Shown here one piece after another: positions 25,701-38,050 of a DNA stretch of 64,000 nt (the stretch's first letter is position 1; every line of letters begins with the position of its first letter). The translations under genes were made by a program, and so were the position numbers. Origin of the DNA: Azolla caroliniana (taxonomy: Eukaryota; Plantae; Polypodiophyta); assembly GCA_043228905.1 (NCBI GenBank), contig JBHGNT010000022.1, positions 5,084,001 to 5,148,000 on the forward strand, in the 5' to 3' direction. Below the pieces are notes generated by a model. That model did not search any database, was not told the DNA's origin, and was given only the letters and a program-made list of their open reading frames with translations.

Positions 25701-26369
25701 GCTGACGAAGATCCATATGGAGGAGAATAGGTCGGACATGTTGACCAAGGTGTTGTCCGCCGACAAGTTGGACGTATGCCAGAGACGGATCGGACTGATG
25801 AGACATCCCATGCCAGAGTGAAGGGGGAGTTTGTTGGGAACAGGTCCCTCCATATGGGATTTGGATGAGAACCAGACGAGCCGGATCAGACGGAACAAAG
25901 GAAGGAACCGGACCGGATGGATCCGGAAGGCATCCGAATACCCGATCGGATGGATCTAGAAGGAGTCTGGTCAGATCCGATATGAACCAGCAAATATGTT
26001 CAGACGTGACCGTTGAGGTCATATTTGTAAATAGCTCTGAAGTTGTAAAGTATAAATATAACTAGGGCAATACTGTTATGATGTTGTTGTTATCATTACT
26101 GTTGTACAGAGCGAGATAAAGAGTGAGAGAGACACAAAAAGTTTTCGGTTGTAACCATCGGTTGGCGAAGATATAGAACTCAATGGTGTTGCCTCCGAGT
26201 CTCCTGTTGTATCCTTCCTCTCATAGTGATAGTTGGAGTCTATGAGCTCCCATGGTTTTTCCATATTAGGGTTTTCCACGTTAACACCCTGTGTCGTCTC
26301 ATTTTTGTTTTCTGTTTTTCTTCTATCATGTGATTGAGACTCGGTTGTAGCCAAGAACTATTCCTCTCA
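22759..26369 (+). mobile_element. Ty1/copia element with deletion of most of the 5' LTR and gag, inserted in the tandem array
   Basis: 5' LTR start tgttgggaa.aggtccctcc at 22759; 3' LTR 25832-26369; TSD GATG(C/T); PPT gaagggggag; degenerate integrase, RT (YVDDML) and RNase H ORFs. Confidence 0.85.
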
Positions 26370-26820
26370 GATGTTGTGGGGGCCGAAGCATATTCTCATG
26401 AGGAGATGAGGAAACTAGACTCATTTTATTGTTGTTTGTACAGGATTTTGGTAGTAATCACCACGATGTTTTATGCGAACTGAATGAAGTAGAGTTTATG
26501 TTTTTGATAACGATGAGTGGTGATGGCATGGGGGCCGAAGCATATTCTCATGAGGAGATGAGGAAAATAGGCTCATTTTTTTGTTGTAGGTACAACATTT
26601 TGGTGGTAATCGGCGAGAGCGAGTTGTCTGATGTGAACTTAATGAAGCAGATTTTATGTTTTTGATCAATAAGAGTGATGATGGTGTGGGGGGCGAAGCA
26701 TTTTCTCATGAGGAGATAAGGAAACTAGACTCATTTTGTTGTTGTATGTACAAGATTTGGTGGTAATCGACGAGATGGTTGATGTGGATTTAATGAAGCG
26801 GATTTTATGTTTTTGATATA
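26370..26820. repeat. ~150-160 bp tandem repeat array, right part
   Basis: The same unit resumes (gggccgaagcatattctcatgaggagatgagg at about 26380, 26532 and 26690). Confidence 0.85.
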
Positions 26821-27967
26821 GAAGAATAGCTAGTTAGCTAAGATGTAGCTGAGTAGCTAATTAGCGACCATGTTGTTGTAGAATCTCGTGGATTAAGGAG
26901 GGCGCATAAGGTGTCCGGTGCTGATGACGTTGCAACCGATGAAGAGATAGCTGCCAATGTGGCTTAAAGTAAGAGTCCTGTTATAACATCTCCTTCAAAT
27001 CAGCTCCACCCTATTCTTTTAGAAGATTGTACTTAATTAAGCAACGATGTGAAAAGCCATGAAATAATGGAAACATCATGTAAATCTGAGGTTCACAACA
27101 ATAGTGTTTTTGAACACTTGATGCAACACTTCTTGGAATCCCAAAACCTTGATTCCACCCCACCGAGCCCAACTACTGATAATGTCCAAATAGATCCCAC
27201 TGTACTGGAAAAGCTAATGTAAGACCCCGGGAACTCCACTATATATAAGACGGTTGTATCACGTGCGTTCATGGCATCATTTATAAACCCCTTATATGTA
27301 TGGTTTTTACTATTTTAGTAACCCTTCTATAGAAAAAAGATTAATAAAAATACCCCTTACTACCAATATATTTTTTGATAACCACCCATTTTAAATACCC
27401 TTACATATAAAATATACATGCACACATAGTTTCCAATCCTAGAAGGTATCAATGACTGCCTTAACAATTGATGACTCGCAAAATTATGAATGAGCATTAA
27501 ACATCATACGTAATTTCTAGAAATGCTTCATCAAGTGCCACATAGATTGAAAACACAATGTGTAAAGTACAAAGTAATGCACACATAATTAGGAAACATT
27601 ACCCAAAAACACTAGAGCTATAACATATATAAGCCACATATAAGTTTCTTTTTTAGTTTATTGAGACATGAAGAATATAGAGTGATAAAAAACAGTGTAA
27701 TTTACAATAAAACAATCTTGAACTTGAGATATATATCTTAAAGAGCACACATGGAACAATCCAAAATGCATATCAATAATGAAATTAACATTATGTTTGG
27801 TTTCATGGATAGACTCATATGAAACCATAACATTATTTTTTCTCAAACATATTGATCAAACAAATGGCAACCTATTTTATATTTCCATTTGAAATGTAAG
27901 ACATCATCTATTCATATATTCTTACCCAAATCAAAATAAAATAAAATAAATCATTTTGTTATTGCAG

Positions 27968-28157
27968 TGTCTACTTTAAAAACTTATTACAATAAAGGTT
28001 ACACTCATAAAAACCAACTATATAAACAGAAAACCCTAAGAAGTTGTCTTTCTCTCAAATCTATGTCTACTTTAAAAACTTATTACAATAAAGGTTACAC
28101 TCATAAAAACCAACTATATAAACAGAAAACCCTAAGAAGTTGCCTTTCTCTCAAATC
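27968..28157. repeat. Near-perfect ~96 bp tandem duplication
   Basis: tgtctactttaaaaacttattac...ttctctcaaatc occurs twice; the ORF 27967-28173 peptide is duplicated accordingly. Confidence 0.9.
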
Positions 28158-29500
28158 ATTTTATAGTGCTTAATGATGGTCCATCTTAATTTTTAGAAAC
28201 AATGTTGTGTAACCTTGGTCCACCCCACATTTTAATCATGACAAAAATTGCCTTAAATGTGTTTGTAAATCGTAACTGTCCATGTGGCTTTCGAGTAAGG
28301 TTTTGTGCAACATCTGTCAAGAAATCCCATAATGCATTCTTTCCACCAAATTTTCTAGCTCGATGAGCCTCAATAATGTTATTACAAAATCTTGAACATC
28401 CTTCCGTTCCACACTCTCAAGGGATGCTTCCTTGAGAGTCATTACCTTTACCGAAAGCATTGCAACTTTGCAAGCTAGCCACCATATTTGTCTATGAGCG
28501 TGACGGATGGTTTGCTTAGAACTTCACATTTCCTTTCTTGTCTCTTCTTGAGTAAGATAAACTAGTCACCTACCCTCCCTAGTTCCTCGATTACCTCTTT
28601 TGACTTTAGCCCTACGCTCTCCCTATACACTCTCATACGGAAATCATTACATTTTGGAATTTGATTACATTTTTCACATGTAAGATTATGAAAGGGTTCT
28701 TCAATCTTCGATACTCTTTTACAATCAAAATGGCGGAAACATCCATTCATAACTACAATATTAAGGTTTAAAGTACAAAAATGCTTACACTTGTAGTGTC
28801 ATTAAAAGTCTTGAGAACTTCCAACGAAAACTTGATATAGGCCTCATTAGATAAGTTTATTGATTCATCTTGTTGGCATAACCCCTTCGAGCATAATATC
28901 GTTTTTCATGACTTCTAAAAAAAATATTAAGACACACATTTGCTACTTTTGCTTCCGTAGAACCATAGGTTTCTCCACACTCATTACACCATATAATCTT
29001 ATGACTGTTTTTGCACAAAAATCCTCAACCTTCAACTCAAATTTATAATCTCAAGGAATTGTAACATTACTTAATTTTACACATATCCTACTACATTCTA
29101 TCATCCATTACCTAAAACATCTCTAGTAATCTTATCCTTGATTGTTTCAATTGGAGATGTATCTTTAAAATTGTCCCCGGCTTGACTCAACAATGAACCC
29201 TCAACATTAGTGCATGATTCTTTTGAAAAAACTTTTTGTTTATCAATACTAGGCTTGATATAGAGTTTATTTTCTTTTAAACGCCATTTCTCTTCTTGTT
29301 TCCCATTCAAAATGTTATTTTTTATGTACACAAAGGAAAATGGTTCATAAAATATACTGTCCTAAATTCTTCCCACTCGGATCTTTGTATATGTAAGAGT
29401 TCCTCTCACACTTACAATACCCAAAGGTTTATCTTCATCATCCCTCTCATGTTCAAACACTTCAATAATAGATTCTCCATCCATTATCTACACATAGAAT
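28155..29500 (-). pseudogene. Degenerate coding remnant, possibly a DNA-transposon (P-like) transposase N-terminal part
   Basis: Minus-strand peptides CEKCNQIPKC and FGGKNALWDFLTDVAQNL...LRFTNTFKAIFVMIKMWGGPRLHNIVSKN*DGPSLSTIK, with stops and frameshifts. Confidence 0.35.
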
Positions 29501-29529
29501 GGTCCACCTATCACTTTTCATATAACGAT

Positions 29530-31162
29530 ACATCATATATATATGTGTGTATGTGTGTATGTGTGCATTTTGAATGTGGTATTCATATGGGATTTGTGTG
29601 TATGTATGTTCCATACATCATATATGTTTGTATGTGGTATGCATGTGTGTTGTGTGTTATGTTTGTGTGTGTGTATGTATGTTCCATACATCAGATATGT
29701 TTGTATGTGGTATGCATGTGTGTTGTTTGTTATGTTTGTGTGTATGTATGTATGTATGTATGTATGTTCCATACATCGTATATGTTTGTATGTGATATGC
29801 ATGTGTGTTGTGTGTTATGTTTGTGTGTGGGTTGTATGTTATGTTTATGTGTGTGTGTGTGTGTGTGTGTGTATCTATGTATGTGTATATAGGTATTGTA
29901 TGGATATTGCATGTGTATATAGGTATGTGTGTATGTATGTATGGTATGTACATATTGTATTGTATTTTATTTAATTGCATTTATTGTATGTATAGCATGT
30001 GTGATGTGTGTTATGTTTGATATATGTGTCCATATGTGTATGTATATTCTACACATGTGTGTTTGTGTTTATGAATGTATTGTATTGTATTCCATGTGTA
30101 TGTATGTGTGTGTACATATTGTATTCTATGTATGTGTTATGTGTAAATGTGTATGTATGTGAGTGTATATAGGTATGTGTGGTATGTATGTACATATTGT
30201 ATTGTATTAATTTCGTTTCTTGTATATATTGTATGTGTGGCATGTGTGTAAGATTGTATATGTTATGTGAGTGTGTGTATGTCTAAGAATTTATGTGTTC
30301 GTTTATGTATGTGTGCATTATGTATGTATGATGTTTGTACTTATGTGTACCTGTAAAATATTTGTAGAGTAGTTGTGGCAGCCCCGACAAAGAATAATGG
30401 TGAGCAAAAGCGGCATGACAAGGCGAACGGCGGCATCGGCAGCAAAACGAGGACATAAGCAACAAGGGGAGAAGAGGTGACCGGCAGCAATGGGAGAGAA
30501 GAGGAGGTAGAGCAAAGGAGGAGGCGGCAAAAATCTAAATTAAAAAAAACTTGAATGTTTGAATCTTATGTTTAGTATGAATGAATGTATGTATGTATGT
30601 GCACGTAATGTATGTATGTATGTGCACGTAATGTATGCATGTATGAATGAATGAATATATATATGTATAATGTAATGTATGGATAAAATATGTATGCTTG
30701 CATGAATGAATGGAACTCACCCCTTGTAAAAATCTTTATATTCTAAGCCCTACCCCTCCCCAACTTTCTCCTATTTTCAGCCCTACCCCTCGCCTACTTT
30801 CTCCTATTTCTAGCCCTACCCCCGTTACTTTCTCTTATTTTGAGCCTACCCGTTACCTATTTTTTCCTATTCTCACTCATACCCCTCTCCCACATTTTTT
30901 TTATTTTTTCTTTAGAATGTTTTCACTTATCACTTTTATAATTTAACTTAAACATTCATACCCCTCATATGTATATTTTACATACACATACATATATATT
31001 ACAAACAAACATCCACACACATATATGCATACACATACAAATATACATACATTACATATTACATATATACACATATGTACATTCATATATTTATTCATTC
31101 ATTCATACATGCATACATTATGTGCACGTACATACATTCATACTAAACATAACATTCAAACA
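29530..31162. repeat. Degenerate (TG/TATG)n microsatellite field with internal inverted arms
   Basis: Low-complexity tgtatg repeats; 30552-30690 is the approximate reverse complement of 31030-31162. Confidence 0.8.
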
Positions 31163-34100
31163 TGTAGAGAATCACGGAATATCGCTCGGCCACAACCGAG
31201 TCTTGAATCACAGAAATGGGAATGAATGAGAGAGTACACAGAAATGACACAAGATGTTTATGTAGAAAACCCTAATAGGGAAATACCACGGTAGCCCACA
31301 GACTCCAAACTATCACTATGAAGAGAGGAAATACAAAGTGCAGGCACAGAGGCAACTACCTCGTGCTCGCGATCTTCGCCAGGCGGCGGTTACAACAAAG
31401 AGTGCTCGTAGCTACTCTCACGCTCTCTCTCACTCTCTATATGTCTCTGTACAACAGTTACAATAATATGACAACAATACAACAACCACACATAAAGTGA
31501 TTGCCCTAAGTCATATTTATACTTATATAAACTTAGGGCTATTTACAAATATAGCCTTAGTAGGCTTACTCGAAACATATTTACAGATATGTCTCTCTTT
31601 TCGGTTCTCATCGGGTCTCCTCCAGTTTCCGGATCTCTTCCGGTTCTCACCGGGTCCTCTTCATTCATCACCAGATCCCATTTGGAGGGACCGATTTTCC
31701 AACAATCTCCCCCTGCACTCCGACAGGGGATGTCTCGTCAGCCCGATCCTCTTTCGGCACACGTCAAGCTTGTCAGTTGTCAGCACCTTGGTCAGTATGT
31801 CCGACCCATTCTCCTTCGTGTGGATCTTCATCAACATGAACTCTTGATCTTCTACTCTCTCCCGGTTCAATGGTACCTCCGCTGGATATGTTTCATCCGG
31901 GAATGGTAGGCCGCATTCTTTGCAAGGTGGATGACACTTTGGCTGTCGCAATAGAGCCGGTATTCCTCTTGTTGGATCCTTAGCTCTCCGATGAAGTCCT
32001 AATCCAGATTATCTCCTTGCCGGCTTCTATAGCTACCATGTACTCTGCCTCCATGGTTGACAATGCAACCGTCTTCTACAGCCTCGACTACCACGAAACA
32101 ACTCCCCCCGCATAAGTCATTACATATCCGAATGTTGACTGTCTGGTATCCGTATCAGCCGACATATCCGAATCCGTGAATCCGTCAAGTTGGGGATTAC
32201 CGAAGTCGAACCGGAGGCACATACTCGAGGTCCCCTTCAAATACCGGAATATCCACTTAACCGCGTTCCAATGCTCTCTTCCGGGATTGCTCTTGAACCG
32301 GCTCACCACTCCGACTGCATATCCAATATCCAGTCGGGTACACACCATTGTGTACATCAAGCTCCCGAAGGAAGATGCATATGGTATCTTCGTCATATCC
32401 ATCTTCTCCGCCTTTGTCCTCGGACTTTGCCTTCCGGATAGCTTGCAGTTTGTCGGAAGTGTCGATCTGACCGGTTTCACCTCCGACATGTTGAACCTTT
32501 GGAGTACCTTTGTCACATAATTTTCCTATGACAACCACAACAGCTTCTTCGACCGGTCCCACATGATGTGCATTCCCAAAATTTGTCTTAAATCTGTCTT
32601 GCCAGACCCAAGTCTTTCATTGAGAAGGTCCGGTTCAAAGCCTTCTTCAGCATCCATATCTTGACTTGGTCTCGTCCAACGATCAACATATCATCCACAT
32701 ATAGGAGAAGTATAAGGAAATCTCCTCCGTCAAATTTCTTCACAAACACGCAGTGATCGGCTTGCGTTTTGTGGTACCCTTGGTCGGTCATGAAGGAGTT
32801 GAACTTCCGGTACCATTGCCGGGGAGCTTGCTTCAATCCGTATAAGCTCTTCTTCAGTCGGCACACCAGGTGCTCCTTCCCTTTCTTCTCAAATCCTTCT
32901 AGTTGTTGCATGTAGATCTCCTCTTCGAGGTCACCATGGAGGAACGTTGTCTTGACGTGTAGTTGCTCTAGCTCGAGGTCCATGCTTGCTGCTATGTTCA
33001 TCACCGTCCAGATGGAAGTCATCTTAACAACCGGGGCAAAGATCTCGTCAAAAGCCACTCCTTTCTTCTGCTGGAACCCTTCACCACAATCCAGGCCTTA
33101 TACCTTGGTGGATTTCCAGCATCTCCCGGTTTCAACTTGTACACCCACTTGTTTCGGAGTGCTCTCTTCCCTTTCGGCAACTCCATCAATTCATATGTGT
33201 GGTTCTCATGCAGGCAATCCATCTTGTCCTGCATGGCACTCAACCACTTGCGGTTGTGGGTGTCTCTCTTTGCTTCTTCAAAGCTTTCCAGCTCCCCTCA
33301 TCGGTTAACAACACATGCTTTGCATCCGGAAATCTTCGGGGGGCTCTTCTCTCTCGAAGAGGATATCTCCGTCCTTGGTTTCTGACTACCGGTTCCTCCA
33401 TCTATTCCGAATCCGAATCCGATTTGGGACCTTGTCTGGTTCTAGTGTCTCCTTCTTCTTCTTCTTCTTCTTCTTCTTCTTCTTCTTCTTCTTCTTCTTC
33501 TTCTTCTTCTTCTTCTTCTTCGGTTGGTTCGGTTTCTTGTCCGTAACCGGTCGGTTCGTGGAGTGTCATCCGGTTACTGGCTAACATCCGGTTTTCATCC
33601 AGGTATATCCTTTTGTCCTCAAGCCGATTTTCATTGGATGATTCGGATTTCATCACCTTCTTCTCCGACTCCCAGTCGGCAATGGTCCTATCTTCCATGA
33701 AGACTACGTCCCGACTCCGGAAAACCTTTTTGTCGACTAGATCCCACACCCGGTAACCGAACTCATCATCGTCATATCCAAGGAATATGCATGGCCAGGA
33801 CTTCGGATCCAGCTTAGCTCTCTTGTGCTTCGCCACATGCACGTATGCGAGACATCCGAACACCTTCAGATGCTGGTAAGACACATCCTTACCGGTCCAT
33901 ACTTTCTACAGTGAGTCTCCATCCAAGGGTACTAAGGCTGATCTGTTTATCACATAGGTCGTCGTCGTCAGCACCTCAGCCCAAAACGTCTTGGGTAGCT
34001 TTGCATGTGCTAGCATGCTCCGGACTCTCTCCATTATGGTCCGGTTCATCCTTTCAGCCAGCCCGTTTAGTTCCGGCGTCTTCGGCACGGTGAATTCGAG

Positions 34101-36125
34101 CCGGATTCCCTTCGACCAATAGTACTCCTCAAACTACCCCCGATATTCTCCTCCATTGTCCGCTCGAACCGTCTTTAGCTTCCGGCCGGTTTCTCTTTCC
34201 ACTCTCGCGTGGAGCTCCTTGAAGACGGATAACACTTGATCCTTCGTCTTCAACGGTGAGACCCACAGCTTTCGGCTGTGGTCATCTATGAATGTCACAA
34301 AGTATTGCGATCTGGCATGTGACTTCGTGTCCACTTGACACACATCGGTATGAACCAACTCCAGTGGTGCATTCCGTCTCATCGGTGGTCTTGACCGGAA
34401 GGACGTTCAGTTTTGCTTGCCAGTCAAGCAATTGGTGCAATTCTCAAGTTGCACGTCCTTCACCGAAATGAGGTTGTCTTCAGCAAGCAGCTTGCATCTG
34501 GTTGATGTCATCAACACCACGTCTCCTATGCCGACAATTCGGCAAGTGCCTTCATTCCCCATCCGGACACAGCCGTGATCACCGGCTGAGTAGGATGAGA
34601 AGCATTTCAGGTTTGGGGTCAGGTGGAACAACTCTCCGGAATCGACAACCCACGTTGTCTCGTCACTGGCAAGGTTTAGCTCGCTCTCCTCGGTGATGAA
34701 CATTAGTTCCTCTTCACTTGCCACGATCGCCATCGTTCCCTTCCGGTCCAGGCTTCTCCGGTCAGAACCATTTCGGTCCGGTGACTTCTTCGAATTGGCA
34801 TTGTCGGTTCCCTTATCTTTCTGGAAATGCCGACAGTTCTTCTGTAAGTGCCTCGGTTTCCCACAGTAGAAGCAAGTGGGCCTCCCCCTTGACTTCGACC
34901 TCGTCCCCGACTTGTCCCAATTTTGGGAACTCCGATACTGGCCTCTTCCCCGGTTGTGGTCATCTTCCGTGACCAAGGCTTTCAGATCGGTTCCGGACTC
35001 CCGGTCCTTCCGGCGAGCTTCTTCATCTACCAAGCTTGATTTACCCTTGCTAGGGACAACTGTTTTCCTTCTGGCCCGGCATTGTCCAACGTGACAAGTA
35101 ATGTCTCCCAGCTATCCAGGAGGGAATCGAGTAGGAGCAATGCGAGTACCTCATCGGCAAGCGGTACTTCCAACGAGGTTTCCTGGTATATTAGCCCCTG
35201 GAAGGCATTCATGTGCTCCGCCATGCTGGAGCCGTCCTGGTACCGGAGCCTCACTAGCTTCTGGAATACCGAAACCCGATTAACGACATTCTTGTTCTGG
35301 AACATGATGCCGATCTTCTCCCAGAGTTCATGAGCCTTGCTCTCTTCATTGAAGTTGTTGTAGAGGCTCATGTCGATGAAGCACCGGATGTATGCAGTCG
35401 TCTTCATGTGCATCACCTCCCACACTGTGGCGTCGATCTTATCCGGTCTCTTGTCCCCAAACTAAACCGGCAACCAAAGATCTTTGACCACCAGCATATC
35501 CCTCATCTTCGACTTACACACTGAGTAGTTGGAGCCGGTGAGCTTGAACATGCCACTGAACAATTCTTCCATTTTTTGTGTTGTTTGCTCTGATACCAGT
35601 TTGTAGAGAATCGTGGAATATCGCTCAACCACAACCAAGTCTTGAATCACAGAAATGGGAATGAATGAGAGAGTACACAGAAATCACACAGGATGTTTAC
35701 GTGGAAAACCCTAATAGGGAAAAACCACGGGAGCCCACAGACTCCGAACTATCACTATGAACAGAGGAAATACAAAGTGCAGGCATAGAGGCAACAACCT
35801 CGTGCTCACGATCTTCGCCAGGTGGCAGTTACAACAAAGAGTGCTCGTAGCTACTCTCACGCTTTCTCTCACTCTCTATATGTCTCTATACAACAGTTAC
35901 AACAATATGACAACAATACAACAACCACATATAAAGTGATTGCCCTAAGTCATACTTATACTTATATAAACTTAGGGCTATTTACAAATATAGCCTTAGT
36001 AGGCTTACTCGAAACATATTTACAGATATGTCTCTCTTTCCGGTTCTCACCGTCTCTCTTCAGGTTCTCACCGGGTCCTCTTCATTCATCACCAGATCCC
36101 ATCCGGAGGGACCAATTTCCCAACA
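31163..36125 (-). mobile_element. Near full-length degenerate Ty1/copia element
   Basis: LTRs 35602-36125 (5') and 31163-31704 (3'); TSD AAACA; Met-tRNA PBS at 35587-35598; PPT at 31705-31717; gag (CFYCGKPRH), protease (WVVDSG), integrase, RT and RNase H remnants; (GAA)n tract at 33452-33521. Confidence 0.93.
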
Positions 36126-36667
36126 AAACATTCACATACGAATGTACATATGTGTATGCATATATGCATATGTCATGTATGTATATGTATGTCCATGTAC
36201 GAATGTACATATGTGTATGCATATATGTATATGTAAATGTACATGATTCAATGTATATGGATGTCTGATTGTAATATCTGCATAATATCTATGTATATAT
36301 ATGTATGTATATGTATGTATATGTAGCAATGTATAAATGAATATATGTATGTCCATGTATGAATGTACATATGTGTATTCATGTATCCATATGTAATGTA
36401 TTTATGTGTGTGTGTGTGTGTATGTGTATGCATATATCCATATGACAATGTACATTATTCAATGTGTATGTATGTGTGATTGTAATATTTGCATAATATT
36501 TATGTATATATCTAATGTATGTATATGTGGCAATGTATAAATGAATATAGGTATGTCTATGTACAAATGTACATATGTGTATGCATATATCCATATGTAA
36601 TGTATGTATGAATATATACATGCATGCATACATATATGTATGTATATATGTATGTATGTATGCATGA
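36126..36667. repeat. (TATG/TG)n low-complexity field
   Basis: Continuation of the microsatellite field beyond the copia insertion. Confidence 0.85.
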
Positions 36668-36767
36668 NNNNNNNNNNNNNNNNNNNNNNNNNNNNNNNNN
36701 NNNNNNNNNNNNNNNNNNNNNNNNNNNNNNNNNNNNNNNNNNNNNNNNNNNNNNNNNNNNNNNNNNN
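36668..36767. other. Assembly gap (100 N)
   Basis: Run of 100 n; contiguity across it is unproven. Confidence 1.
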
Positions 36768-36864
36768 AAACATTGCAATAATTGAATAAATTGTTGGTTC
36801 TCTTCAAAGATTGATTTGTAAAACTTTGTCAATGTTATTTTAATCATCAGTTTTATTTGTAAAT

Positions 36865-37075
36865 TGACTCCTCTAACATAAGAAAGCATGATTTTTTTTT
36901 ATGATGATCGGGCTTTTTACATGAAATTAGCTCCTCTAACATAAGAAATCATGAATTGTTTTTTATGATGATCAGGCTTTTTACATGAAATTAGCTCCTC
37001 TTACATAAGAAATTGTGATTTTTTTCATGATGATCAGGCTTTTTACATGAAATTAGCTCCTCGAACATAAGAAAT
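36865..37075. repeat. ~62 bp tandem repeat (about 3.5 copies)
   Basis: atgatgatc(g/a)ggctttttacatgaaattagctcctc..acataagaaat recurs at about 36901, 36965 and 37028. Confidence 0.85.
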
Positions 37076-37586
37076 CAACCTTCCAAAAGAACATTTTGTT
37101 GTATGTGCATTAGTTGGATCCTCAACATACGAAATCAACCTTCTAATAGGGAATTTTGCTTGTGTATCTAATATGATAACACTTACTTTGTGAGGGATTT
37201 TTCCTAGTGCTTTGGGATTCCTAATGATTGGAGAGGTAGAAATAATGTATGGAACATAATTTCTATTTTTATTGATGATTTTCTTGTTTTTGAAAGTTTG
37301 GAACATAGTTCCAATTTTGTTTGATGTAATTTTGTCTTGAAACAATGTAATTTTCTTGATCTAGATTTTGACCCCTATAAAAAGCGCACTTAATAGAATG
37401 GTGCACTTAAGTGGGCACACACTTAACCGAATGGTTACTGTATGTATTTGTAATCACACATGACATATGGGTACAAATAAGATATATGTATATGTTAAAT
37501 CACACATGATTTTAAGGTACATAGATATATGTGTGAGTGAAATGTGAGAGAGTTCTCGTGTGCATGTGTGTTGTAAAATGTACATT

Positions 37587-37627
<41 letters not shown>

Positions 37628-38050
37628 TGGTAATAATATTATTACTAGTAGACATGTGTGAATGGGAGCTCATGGTACTTACAAGAGAGTTTGTGTGCAT
37701 ATGTGAGTTACATGGTGAAAGAAACTCATTAATGTGTAGAGTAAATCCCCTTGATGCCCATGCTAGTAAATTCAATGAATTTCATCACATGTTTGTAAGG
37801 TGGCAAAAAATATGTAGTGTTACGTGTATGTAGCTAGTTCTTTTGAGAGTGAGTGATGTGTACATACTGCAAATAGTTTTCAGGGTGATCAATTAGCCAC
37901 ATCGAATAAGGTTCATCTCACATGTGCAACAAAAGACTTCCAGGCCATTCGTACAAAACAATAACATTTGCTTTATGCACAATATTACGGAAGGTGAAAA
38001 GATAGATCTAGTAGAGCACAAGGAGAAAGGCACAACACTTGGAAAATATG

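Noticed and set aside
29296-31229. Many Cys/Val/Tyr/His-rich ORFs (also at 36028-36889)
   Set aside because: They are translations of TG/TATG microsatellites.
36865-37075. CRISPR-like array (also considered for 22200-26820 and 61740-62240)
   Set aside because: Whole units repeat with no unique spacers, there are no cas genes, and the context is eukaryotic.
37380-37442. Tc1/mariner-like terminus (minus strand TA|CAGTAACC...)
   Set aside because: No matching second TIR was found in the window (it may lie in the gap), so the element cannot be delimited.
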